Part shown: positions 24,416 to 37,413 of the stretch, one piece after another
Layout of the letters: each line of letters begins with the position of its first letter
How positions within the stretch are numbered: the stretch's first letter is position 1
Origin: Felis catus
Taxonomy: Eukaryota
DNA: 64,000 bases
NCBI RefSeq assembly: GCF_018350175.1
Contig: NC_058368.1
Span: 25,360,001-25,424,000 of the forward strand
Direction: 5' to 3'
The notes under the pieces: generated by a model
The model's database searches: none
What the model saw: only the letters and a program-made list of their open reading frames with translations
Told to the model about the DNA's origin: nothing
Translations under genes and position numbers: made by a program

Positions 24416-25548
24416 GAACCACAAGAGAAGAAAAAATAAAATTAAAAAATTAAAATTAAAAAAAAAATCTCTTGGGGCGCCTGGGTGGCGCAGTCGGTTA
24501 AGCGTCCGACTTCAGCCAGGTCACGATCTCGCGGTCCGTGAGTTCGAGCCCCGCGTCGGGCTCTGGGCTGATGGCTCAGAGCCTGGAGCCTGTTTCCGAT
24601 TCTGTGTCTCCCTCTCTCTCTGCCCCTCCCCCGTTCATGCTCTGTCTCTCTCTGTCCCAAAAATAAATAAACGTTGAAAAAAAAATTAAAAAAAAAAAAT
24701 CTCATTCCTTGCCCACCTGCAGTGACTAACCGCAGTGAGCTAAACAGTATTGCCAAAAGGAGCCCAGAGCCACTACACAAAGCCCCACCCCCTGCGCCCT
24801 GCAGGTGCATCTTCACTAGGGCAAGGCCGCCTGAGAATCAGTGCAACAGGCTCCTCCCCCAGAAGACCAGCACAAACCACTCACATGCACCAAGTCTACT
24901 GATCACAGAGTGCCGCAAAGCTTCAGCTCTAGGGGAAACAGGATCTAGCTTCCTTTTTATTTTTATTTTTTAATTTTTCAATGTTTAATTATTTAATTTT
25001 TTATTATATATATATTTTGGATCTAGCTTCTTTTAACAAGCAGACCAAAACACAGCTAGGATCTAGATTTTTTTTTTCTGGACAAAATGACAAGACAGAG
25101 GAATTCACCCCAGAAGAAAGAACAGGAAGTAGAAACCAGCCAGGGGTTTAATCGATACAGATATAAGTAAGATGTCTGAATTAGAATTTAAAACAACAAT
25201 TATAAGGATACTAGCTGGGCTTGAAAAAAAAAAGCATACAAGACACTAGAGAATCCCTTACTGCAGAGGTAAAAGAACTAAAATCTATCTAGTCAGGCCA
25301 AAATTAAAAATGCTATACCCAAGGTACAAACCTGAATAGATGCCATAACAGTGAGGATCAACAAAGCAGAGGAATTAATCAGTGAAACAGAAGATAAAAT
25401 TATAGAATATAATGAAGCTGAAAAGAAGAGGGAAAGAAAGGTATTGGATCATGAAGGTAGACTTAGGGAACTTGGCAACTTCTTAAAATGTAATAACATT
25501 CGTATCATAGGAGTCTCGGAAGATGATGAAAGAGAAAAGGAGGCAGAA

Positions 25549-25632
25549 GGTTTATATGAGCAAATTATAGCTGAAAACTTCTGTAATCTGGGTTTATATG
25601 AGTAAATTATAGCCGAAAACTTCTGTAATCTG
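25549..25632 (+). repeat. 42-bp tandem duplication inside L1 ORF1
   Basis: ggtttatatgag(c/t)aaattatagc(t/c)gaaaacttctgtaatctg twice. Confidence 0.9.
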
Positions 25633-28600
25633 GGAAGAACACAGACATCAAAATCCAAGAAACACAGAGAACTCCCATTAAATTCAACAAAAACTAGGGG
25701 TGCCTGTGTGGCTCAGTCGGTTGAGCGACTGACTTCGGCTCAGGTCATGATTTCACAGTTCGTGAGTTCGAGCCCCGCATCAGGCTCTGTGCTGACAGCA
25801 CGGAACCTGGAGCCTGCTTTGGATTCTGTGCCTCCCTCTCTCTCTGCCCCTAACCCACTCACATTCTGCCTCTGTCTCTCTCAAAAATAAATAAACATTA
25901 AAAAAAATTCAACAAAAACCAGCTATCACCTAGACATATCATAGTCAAATTCACAAATTACACAGACAGGGAAAGAATCCTGAAAGTAGCAAGAGAAAAA
26001 TTCTTAGCCTAAAAGTGAAGACAGATCAGATTCACAGCAGATCTGTCCACAGAAACTTGGCAGGCCAGAAGGGAATGGCAACAAGCTGAATGGGAAAAAT
26101 ATGTAGCCAAGAATACATTATCCAGCGAAGCTGAAGAGAGAGAGTTTCCCAGACAAACAAAAACTAAAGGAGTTTGTGCCCACTAAACCAGCCCTGCAAG
26201 AAACATTAAAGGGGACTCTCCAAGTGGGGGGGAAAAGACCAAAGCAACAAAGACTACAAAGGAACAGAGAACATCACCAGAAATGCCAACTTTACAGGTA
26301 ACACGATGGCACTGAACTCATATCTTTCAATAATCACTCTGAATGTAAATGTACTAAATGCTCCAATCAAAAGACAAAGAGTATCAGAATGGATTTTTTT
26401 TAAATCTATATGCTGCCTATAAGAGACTCATTTTAGACCTAAAGACACTTGCAGATTGAAAGTGAGTGGATGGAGAACCATCTATCATGCTAATGGACGT
26501 CAAAAGAAAGCTGGAGTAGCCATACTTATATCAGACAAACTAGATTTTAAAATAAAGACAGTAATAAGACATGAAGACAGGTATTATATCATAATTAGGG
26601 GGCCTATCCATCAAGAAGATCTAACAATTGTAAATACTTATACAGCCAATTTAGGAGCATCCAAATATATAAATCAATTAATAACAAACATAAAGAAACT
26701 CATTGATAATAATATATCAACAGTAAGGGACCCTTAACACCCCAGTTACAACAATGGACAGATCATCTAAGCAGAAAATTAACAACAAAACAATGTCTTT
26801 GAATGATACACTGGAGTGGATGGACTTAACAGATACATGCAGAACATTTCATCCAGAAGCAGAAGAATACATATTCTTCTCAAGTGCATATGGAACTTTC
26901 TCCAGAATAGATCATTTGCCGGGTCACAGATCAGCCCTCAACATGTACAAAAAGACTGCAATCATACCAGGCATATTTTTAGACCACAACACTATGAAAC
27001 TTGAAGTCAACCACAAGAAAAAATTTAGGAAGACCACAAACACATGGAGGTTAAAGAACATCCTACTACTAAAGAAGGAATAAGTTAACCAGTAAATTAA
27101 AGAAGAAATTTAAAAAGTACATGTAAGCAAATGAAAATGAAAACCAACATCCAAAACCTTTGGGATGCAGCAAAGGCAGTCCTAAGAGGAAAGTATATTG
27201 CAATACAGGCCTACATCAAGAAGCAAGAGAAGTCTCAAATACACCATCTAACCTTACATCTAAATGATCTAGAAAAGGAAGAGTAAATAAAGCCTAAAGC
27301 CAGCAGAAGAAGGAAAATAATAAGGATTAGAGCAGAAATAAACAATATAGAAACAAACAAAAAAACAGTAGAACCGAACAATGAAACTAAGAGCTGGTTC
27401 TCTGAAAGAATTAATAAAATTGATAAACCAAACTTCTCAAAAAGAAAAGAGAAAGGACCCAAATAGGTAAAACCACAAGTGAAAGAGGAAATCAACACCA
27501 CAAAAGTACAAACAATAAGAGAATATATGAAAAATTATATGCCAACAAACTGGGCAATCTGGAAGAAATGGACAAATTTCTATTAGCATACTAACCACCA
27601 AAAATGAAACAGGAAGAAATAGAAAACTTGAGCAGACCCATAACCAGCAAAGAAATTGAATCAATAATCAAAAATTTCCAACAAACCAAAGTCCAGAGCC
27701 AAATGGCTTCCCAGGGGAATTCTACCAGATATTTAAAGAAGAGTTATTACCTATTCCTCTCAAATTGTTCCAAAAAATAGAAATGGAAGGAAAACTTCCA
27801 AACTCCTTCTATGGAGCCAGCATTACCTTGATTCCAAAGCCACACAAAGGGCCCACTAGAAGGAATTGCAGGCCAATATCCCTGATGACTATGGATGCAC
27901 AAATTCTCCACAACATACTAACAAATCGAATTCAATAGTACCTTAAAAGGTACCTTAAAAGAATTATTCACCACAATCAAGTGGGATTTATTCCTGGGCT
28001 GCCGGGTGGTTCAGTATTTGCAAATCAACCAATGTGATGCACCCCATTAATAAAAGAAAGGATAACGAATCATACGGTCCTTTCAATAAATGCAGAAAAA
28101 GCATTTGACAGAATATAGCATCCATTCTTGATAAAAAGTAGGTATAGATGGAACATACCTCAACATCAGCATAAAGGTCATATAGAAAGGACCTGCAGTT
28201 AATATCATCCTCAATGAGGAAAAACAGAGCTTCTCCTCTACGGTCAGGAACAAGACAGGGACGTCCGCTGTCACCATTACTATTTACCACTGTCCTGGAA
28301 GCCTTAGCCTCAGCAATCAGACAAGAAAAAGAAATCAAATGCATCCAAATCAGCAAGGAAGAAGTCAAGCTTTCACTATTTGCAGATGACATGATACTCT
28401 ACATAGAAAACCCAAAAGACTCCACCAAAAAAATTGCAAATATACACGAATTCAGCAAAGTCATAAGATATAAAATCAATGTACAGAAATCTGTTGTGTT
28501 TCTGTACACCAATAATGAAGCAGCAGATAAAGAAATCAAAGAATTGATCCCATTTAGAACTACACCAAAAACCATAAGATACCTAAACCAATAGAACACT

Positions 28601-30599
28601 TATTAAAGAACTTGAAGAGGACACAAAGAAGTGGAAAAACATTCCAGGCTCATGATTGGAAGAACAGACATTATTGAAATGTCTATACTACTCAAAGCAA
28701 TCTACACATTTAATGCAATCTCTGTCAAAATGCCACCAGCATTCTTCACAGAGCTAGAATAAACAATCCTAAAATGTGTATAGAACTAGATAAGACCGGG
28801 GCGCCTGGGTGGCGCAGTCGGTTGAGCGTCCGACTTCAGCCAGGTCACGATCTCGCGGTCCACGAGTTCGAGCCCCGCGTCAGGCTCTGGGCTGATGGCT
28901 CAGAGCCTGGAGCCTGTTTCCGATTCTGTGTCTCCCTCTCTCTCTGCCCCTCCCCCGTTCATGCTCTGTCTCTCTCTGTCCCAAGAATAAATAAACGTTG
29001 AAAAAAAAAAAAAAGTAAAAAAAAAAAAAAAAGAACTAGATAAGACCACGAATAGCCAAATCAATCTTGAAGAAGAAAACCAAAGCTGGAGGCATTACAA
29101 TCCTGGACTTCAAGCTGTATTACAAGGCTGTAGTCATCAAGATAGTATGGTACTGGCACACAAACAGATACATAGATCAGTGGAACAGAAGACCCAGAAG
29201 TGGGCCCACAACTATATGGTCAACTAATCCTCAACAAAGCAGGAAAGAATATCCAATGGAAAAAAGACAGTCTTTCAATAAATAATGCTGGAAAAACTGA
29301 ACAGCTACGTGGAGAAGAATGAAACTGGACTGCTTTCTTACACTATACACAAAAATAAATTCAAAATGGAAAGACCTAAATGTGAGATAGGAAACCATCA
29401 AAATCCTAGAGGAGAACACAGACAGCAACCTCTGACATCGGCCATAGCAACTTCTTACTCAACACATCACTGGAGGCAAGGAAAACAGAAGCAAAAATCA
29501 ACTATTGGGACTTCATCAAGTTAAAAAGCTTCAGCATAGTGAAGGAAACAACCCACAAAACTAAAAGGCAGTCTACAGAATGAGAGAAGATATTTTCAAA
29601 TGACATATCTGACAAAAGGTTAGTATCCAAAATCCATAAATTGTTGAGTATGAGTTTTCATACTCAACACCCAAAAAAAACCCAAATAATCCAGTGAAAA
29701 AATGGGCAGAAGACATAAGTAGACATTTTTCCAAAGAAGACATACAGATGAGTAACAGGCACGTGAAAAGATGCTCAACATCACTCATCATCAGGGAAAT
29801 ACAAATCAAAACCATGAGATACCACCTCTCACCTGTCAGAATGACTAAAATTGACAACACAGAAAACAACAGATGTTGGCAGGGTTGTGGAGAAAGAGGA
29901 ACCCGCTGACACTGTTGCTGGGATTGCAAACTGGTGCGTCCACTCTGGAAAACGGTATGCAGATTCCTCAAAAAGCTAAAAATAGAACTACCCTACGACC
30001 CAGCAATTGCACTACTAGGTATTTACTCAAAGGATATAAAAATACCGATTCGAAGGTATACACGCACCCCGAGGTTTATAGCAGCACTATCAACAATAGC
30101 CAGACTGTGGAAAGAGCCCAAATATCCATCGGCTGATGAATGGATAAAGATGTAGTATACATCTACGATGGAATATTACTCAGCCATCAAAAAGAATGAA
30201 ATCTCGTCATTTGCAATGACATAAATGGAGCTAGAGTGTATTATGTTAAACAAAATAAGTCAGCTAGAGAATGACAAATACCATCTGATTTCACTCATAT
30301 GTGGAACTTAAGAAAAAGATGAACATATGAGAGGCAGATTTAAAAAAGAGAGTGAGAGGGAAACAAACCATAAGAGACTCTTAAAGATGGAGAACAAACT
30401 GAAGGTTGATGGAGGGAGGGGGGTGGGGGATGGGCTCTATGGGTGATGGGTATTATGGAGGGCACTTGTTATGATGAGCCCTGGGTGTTGTATGTAAGTG
30501 ATGAATCACTGAATTCTAGCCCTGAAACCAATATCGCACTGTATGTCAACTAACTGGATTTAAATGAAAATTTGAAAAGAAAACGAAAGATAAGATTAT

Positions 30600-31235
30600 A
30601 CCTCATCAGAACATGTTTTCCGCAGCGATGTTCTAAAATAAAATCATTACTCTGCCAAACAAACACAAAAAGCACAAAACAAAAAGCCATCCCATGAGGA
30701 TTGGGTAAGTAAACTGTGGTACGTCCACACAACGGAATGTTTACTCAGTGCTAAAAAGAGATGAGCTCCCAAGCCATAAAAAGACGTGGAGGAAATTGAA
30801 ATTCATGTTACTAGGTCAAGGAGACTTATCTGAAAAGATATGTGCATTCTAACTATATGACATTTTAGAAAAGACAAAACTAGAGAAACAGTATAAAGAT
30901 CGGTAGTTGCCAGAAGTTTAAAAGGGGGGATGAATCAAAGGAGCACAGAGGATTTTTAGGGCAGTAAAAACGACACAGTGTGATGGATACACGCCGTGAT
31001 CCCTCTTCCAAACCCAAAGAATGTCCAACAGCAAGAGTGGGCCCTAACGTACCTATGGACTCTGGGCGGTAGTGATGTGCCGATGCAGGTTTATTGACGA
31101 TAACGGACAGTGGGTGCCGGGTGTAGGTAGTGGGGGAGGCTGTGCATGTGTTAGGGACAAAAGACATATGGGAATCTCTGTACTTTCTGCTCAGTTTTGC
31201 TGTGCCCTGCTCTAAAAAAATAAAGCCTATTTTTT
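30600..31235 (+). mobile_element. Old L1MC-like 3' fragment
   Basis: Typical L1MC 3' UTR ending ctctaaaaaaataaagcctatt. Confidence 0.65.
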
Positions 31236-31669
31236 TAAAAAACGCACCTACAGGGGCGCCTGGGTGGCGCAGTCGGTTAAGCGTCCGACTTCAGCCAGGT
31301 CACGATCTCGCGGTCTGTGAGTTCGAGCCCCGCGTCAGGCTCTGGGCTGATGGCTCGGAGCCTGGAGCCTGTTTCCGATTCTGTGTCTCCCTCTCTCTCT
31401 GCCCCTCCCCCGTTCATGCTCTGTCTCTCTCTGTCCCAAAAATAAATAAACGTTGAAAAAAAAATTAAAAAAAAAAAACGCACCTACACAGTACAGTTAT
31501 AAAAATGTGTATCATAGTATACTGATACCGCACACAAGTGGAAACATCTCAAAATAGTGCAGTCCCTCAGAGTGAGCTAGCAATCAGGTCTGAAGCTCAA
31601 AAAAAGAGGCGCTGAAGGGGGCATTAGGAAGATGTGATAGACTTTATGCCTTCTGAACATACAAAGTGA

Positions 31670-32322
31670 GAATCTACTATGCCCAGGTCCTCTTCTAGGT
31701 GCTGGAGATAGCAGGGTGAACAAAACAAAGGTCCTGTGCCCACGGAACTTCTGTTCCAGTTGAGGAGACAGCCAATGCACAACAATCCTGGCCAGTGCTA
31801 TGTCAGGTATGGTTAGGAACCATGGATGAAGTAGCCTCAGGGGCTCATGAGTTGTTGGCCTGAGCGGAGAGTTGTTCTGATAAGTATAAGGCAGCTGGGG
31901 AAGTGCCATTTGAGTCTAGGCATGCATGACATGAGGGGCGGAGCAAAGCGTTGCAAAGGTCCTGAGGCCTTTCCTCAAGGACAGCTGTGAGCAAGTGAGG
32001 AGGATGGGGAATGGGCTCAGATGCCCTGTTCGGGTAGAGCCTGGTGAGTCAGAGTAAGACTCGAGATTTTATCCTAAGGATGATATGAAGTCATGAGACG
32101 ATCTGGAGCAGGGGAGGAACATCATCTGGCTTACGCCGTAGAAGAATCTTTTACGCCGTCGAAGGATCTTTCTGGCTGTGTATGGAGAATAGATTTAACA
32201 AGGCAAGTTAATAGACGCAGGAAGTTCAGCTGAGAGCCGGGGCATTAATTCGGGTGAAAGATGACGGGCATCTCAACTAGGGCAATGGCAGCAGAGGTGG
32301 TGGAAAGCAGTCTGATTTGGGG
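31670..32322. mobile_element. L2 LINE relic
   Basis: ctactatgcccagg...taggtgctggagatagcagggtgaacaaaaca...tctggctgtgtatggagaataga. Confidence 0.65.
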
Positions 32323-33467
32323 TGTTTTTTTTTGTTTGTTTGTTTTCAACGTTTATTTATTTTTGGGACAGAGAGAGACAGTCGAAGAAAGTGAGACCCC
32401 CAAAAATGTAAATAACTCTCACGAGGACCCAGAGCCTGTATTACTCAGAGCAATGCTCATTACCCGCTGAAACAAATAGTTCCCGAAGCTAACAGGTTTA
32501 TAACCGGATGCATGTTGCTTGCTCATGTCACGTCTGACTCAAGTCTCATAGCTCTCTTGAGGGGCTCTCCTCCAAGGCTGGCTCTGGGGGCTCTGGGCTC
32601 CTTTCTGGTGGGTCTCCGCCATCTTGGAGTCTTTTGTATCCTGTTGCGTGGACAGGAGTGAAGTCAAGGTCTAGGCTTCAATTCTACTCACCAAACAAGT
32701 CACATGACCCCACCCAGATGCGAGAGAACTGGGAAACGCATTGCTGCTGTGTGTCCAAAGGAAAATGAAACCAGTTTGCACCAAGAGGATAAGAAGCCGA
32801 ACATCTTAAAATGACGAGGGTTGCTTCACCTTGTGGCAAAAGTGGGAAAGAACTGGAAACCGATACTGTCAACCAAGGTATGACTCTTTGAGCCTCCACG
32901 GAAGGAATGGAAAGTTCAGTCTCCCCTCATCTCTTGGGCCTGTGTGAAGAAGGAAGTCAGTGGAGCAGCCAGAACTCCTGTGGACGGAGAAATTGACGGA
33001 AAGCCGGGGGGGGGGCTCTCCAGGTGGTACCAAGCAGTGAATGGTAAGGATGTTGGAAGCCCTCAGAATGTTCCAGCTTCCTCACTTCCAACATATCAGT
33101 GAAACCTTCCTTGGCTTCTTACTCCAGCTGGGCTGGCGAACCCCATGTTTCCCACAATCCCTGTCCTGTCCTGCCTCAGAGTTTTACTCCTGCAGCGTCT
33201 GTCTAAATATCCTTGCAGCCAAGGGGAAGTTTCCCACTAAGTGATCTAAGCAGAGGTCCCTTCCTAATCCACCCCATGACATGGGGCTGCCCAAAAGGCC
33301 CATGAGGAGTGGAACATTTGGCTGTTTTTTTTTTGTTTTTTTCAAATGAGCAATAAATTCCAGGTAGCTTGCTGAGTCAGGTAGCACTGTTTGGAAGTGT
33401 GTGCTCGTGTTCAGGCAGGGGCCAGCCCGGCCAGCTCAGGAGCCAGCAGCTCCACAGCAGGCAGGGA

Positions 33468-33737
33468 GCGCTCAGGGACAGACGGCCACAGGGACAGCTC
33501 AGGGATGGACCAGGGAGATAGCTCAGGGACAGATGCCATAGAGGGACAGCTCAGGGACAGACAGCTGCAGGGAGAACTGAGGGACAGACGGCTACAGGGG
33601 GCACAGCTGAGGGACGGATGGCCGCAGCAACAGCTCAGGGATGGACAGCCACAGGGAGACAGCTCAGAGACAGATGGTTACAGGGAGAGCTCAGGGACAG
33701 ACGGCCACAGAGAGAGAGAGATCAGGGACAGACAGAC
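33468..33737 (+). repeat. Degenerate minisatellite, ~10 copies of a 24-30 bp unit (ctcagggacagacggccacagggagacag)
   Basis: Recurrent ct(c/g)aggga(c/t)(a/g)gac core at regular spacing. Confidence 0.85.
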
Positions 33738-35329
33738 ATTCTCTCATAGCACAGGGCCCTGCCCGTGAGGCAGTTTCTCTCTAGTAGAACTGAAGGGAGG
33801 GCCTGATATGTATTCCCTTCTCTCCTAACTTTTAGCTCCTACTCTCATACCCTGTCCCCAGGCAAATGGTGATGAGATTTAGGCTTTTAGATAAGCCGCT
33901 TATTATATAATTCCCAGTGAGAGAAAATGTGACAATTTCTCCTCTGTGTCAGAGATTTTGCTTTGCCCGCGGGGTCTTCATCACTAGGAAAATGTCATTA
34001 CGTGACAATTGGATTTGACAGGCAGAAAGCCTCTCAAGAAAGTCTGGCTTTCAGGGGGCGTTTGAAACTAAGACCTAAACTACAAACATCCTCTCCCATG
34101 AGCAATGTCTAGAAGCTTCTTACAGGCCATCAGGAACAAACCAACCCCGGACGTCTTTACAAAGCACCCGTTTTAGGTTAGAAAAGAAAAGAGCAGTGAT
34201 TTGCAGACTAAATGTGGGAAGTGGCCGGGAGCTTACTGGTTGGAGGCAAGCAAGGGGCAGATTCCTGAACTCTGGCTCCCCTCTCACGGGACGAGTCATT
34301 TAGCCTCGTCTTCAAGGGAGATCATGACGGTGCCTACCTTGCAGAGTCCTCGCGCTGTGGAGGTAAAGTGTTCAGCACAGTGCTGGGTGTGGGGTTGGAG
34401 TCGGTTTGCAGATCTTTGTCACCTCACACACTGGTTTTCACTCGGGTGCCCTCAGGAGCCCTCCGCCCCAGCTCCTCAGGCAACTGTATCGTTTTCTTTC
34501 ATCGCCTTAGATGTGGGCATTCTGCTGTAAGCTTTCTTGAACAAACGGGTCTTCATCGTCAAAGATAATAGTTGGTGGGGCGCCTGGGTGGCTTTGTCAG
34601 TTGAGCATCCAACTCTTGGTTTCGGCTCAGGTCATGATCTCACGGTTCACGAGTTCGAGCCCCTCGTCGGGCTCTGCGCTGACAGTGTGGAGTCTGCTTG
34701 GGATTCCGTGTCTCCTCTCTCTGCCCGTCCTCAGTGTGCCCGTGCTTGCATATTCTCTCCCTCCCTGTCTCTCTCTCTCTCTCTCAAAAATAAATAAATG
34801 ATCATGTAAAAAACCAAGAATGCTAATTGGAGAACCACCAACCTGAGTTCCAATTAGAGTGGGGTGGGACACTAGATGACCCCAAAAGCCTTCCGGCTGC
34901 AAACATCTGGGAAATGTAGATGAAATGTACAAAGCGTCCGAAACACAGAGTGTGTAAGAAAGTAAGAGAAATGATCAACACCACAAATAGAGAAACTGAA
35001 CGCCAGAAGGGTACGACGAGAGCGCAAGTATGGGAAGCGGGAGGCAGGGGGTCGCCGGGTGCTGGGGAGGGGAGAGCGAGAGGTGGGAGAACGGCGCATC
35101 CTGATAATCCAGGAGCGTGGGTTTTAATGCCCAGATGGGAACACAAGACCAGGACATGGGTCCTTCTCAAAGAAACAGCTACATGTGAAATAGCTGCGGT
35201 AATTGATGACACAACTGGGCCACTAAGCAAGTCCCAGCAAACACTATCCTCTCCCGTGAGCTGATACCACATAGACTATGCTCTCTTACCCCCGTGAATT
35301 TTAATAATAAATAGTAAATAAGTAAATAT

Positions 35330-35982
35330 TTAATAATAAATATTTAGTAATAATAAACAACATCTCCAAAAGCACCCCGTGCATTTGCAAATTTGAAGAC
35401 ATACTTGTAAATAACATAGGTGTCAAAGGAGAGATCATACTGGAAATTGGAACATGTTTAGAGTGAAACTCACGGTTAACATCTACATGCATGGGAAACA
35501 GCTAAAACAGTATTTTGCAAGAAGTGCTATAGCTTTAAAGGCGTGTATTAAGGAGGAGGAGGAAAACCAACAAGCTCAATATTCAATTCAAGGAATTAGA
35601 AAAATAAAATAGAGTAATATGGAAAATCGACAGGAGCATATAAATGATCCTAGTAAGACTAAAAACTGATACAATGGAAAACAAAGTGATAGTAGAAGAA
35701 GCAAACCAAAAGCTGGTTTTCTGGAAAGACTAGTAAAATCGGCAAATCTTCGAGCAGGGTTTATCCAGGAAAAAAAGAGAGACAGAGAAGAGAGTCACAA
35801 TAAAAAGAATGAAGACAAGGTCATAACTATAGAGGCAATAGAGGGTTTTTTTTTTTTTAACACTACATGACAACAATTTTAGGACAATAAATTTGAAAAT
35901 TTACCTAAAACGAACAACATCCCGGGAAAATATAATTCACTAAACTGACTCAAGAAGAAATAAAAAACCCGAGTGATGCCAA
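35330..35982 (+). mobile_element. Old L1M ORF2 fragment
   Basis: A-rich degenerate L1 ORF2 motifs (aaaagctggttttctggaaagac, aaactgactcaagaagaaata). Confidence 0.6.
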
Positions 35983-36436
35983 TGTTATGAGTTGAATTGT
36001 ATTTCCCTGAAAAGCTATATTTAAGTCTTAACCTGTGGTGCCTCCGAATGGAACCTTACTTGGAAAATTGGTCTTTATGGAAGTAGTGAAGACGAGGTCA
36101 TGCTGAAGTGGGCCCCTAATCCAGGACGTCTGCGGTTCTTTCAAGAAGATGGCCGCGTGAAGACACAGACACATGCCGGACACTATGGGACACTGGAGGT
36201 GGACATTGCAGCCATGTGTAGACAAGGCAAGGAGCAACAGGGATCCCAGGTCATCACCAAACCCCAGGAGAGAGGCATGGAAGAAATTCTTCCTCGGAGC
36301 CTCCAGAAAGAACCACCCCTGCTGACACCTTGATTTCAGACTTCTGACCTCCACAACCGTGAAAGAATGAATCTCTGGGGTTTTAAAGTACCCAGTTTGT
36401 GTTCCTTTGTTACGGCAGCCTTTGGAAACAAATACA
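35983..36436 (+). mobile_element. MaLR solo LTR (MLT1-type)
   Basis: TG...CA termini, characteristic MLT1 ends, 5-bp flanks gccaa/accaa. Confidence 0.85.
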
Positions 36437-36650
36437 ACCAATAACCACTGGAGTCATTGACATAATAGTTTAAGATCTGGGTGGGGGCGCCTGGGTGGCT
36501 CAGTTGGTTGAGCGTCTGACTTCGGCTCCGGTCATGATCTCATGGTCTGTGAGTTCGAGCCCCGCGTCGGGCTCTGTGCTGATGGCTCGGAGCCTGGAGC
36601 CTGCTTCGGATTCTGTGTCTCCCTCTCTCTCTGCCCCTCCCCCGTTCATG

Positions 36651-36692
<42 letters not shown>

Positions 36693-36759
36693 AATAAATA
36701 AACATTAAAAATAAAATAAAAATAAAATCTGTGTGTGTGCCTGTGAGTGCACACACCCG

Positions 36760-36788
36760 CACACACACACACACACACACACACACAG
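36760..36788 (+). repeat. (CA)n microsatellite
   Basis: Directly visible. Confidence 0.9.
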
Positions 36789-36949
36789 TGATCCATTTCA
36801 GCCTCATCACATAGACACGTCGTAAACTGAGGCCCCGAGAGATTGCCTATTCAGAACCCCCAACAAGATGGTGGTAGCAATGGCTGGGGTAGTGATGGGT
36901 GGGCATCCAGAGTGTAAATAGACCCCAAGCACTCTAGTGACAACACTAG

Positions 36950-37413
<464 letters not shown>

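Larger units (their letters stand above)
22551..30585 (+). mobile_element. Degraded near full-length carnivore LINE-1 (5' UTR, ORF1 from ~25088, ORF2 from ~26306, 3' UTR) in an ERICH6B intron
   Basis: ORF1/EN/RT fragments in ORF track ([34 protein letters not shown]) broken by stops and frameshifts; nested SINEs and a younger L1. Confidence 0.92.
24474..31478 (+). mobile_element. Four + strand SINEC elements in or next to the L1: 24474-24699, 25697-25908, 28798-29032, 31253-31478
   Basis: Consensus bodies; TSDs e.g. agaactagataagacc and aaaaaacgcacctaca. Confidence 0.9.

Noticed and set aside
33468..33737. CRISPR-like array
   Set aside because: Units are contiguous and degenerate with no unique spacers; mammalian context, no cas genes
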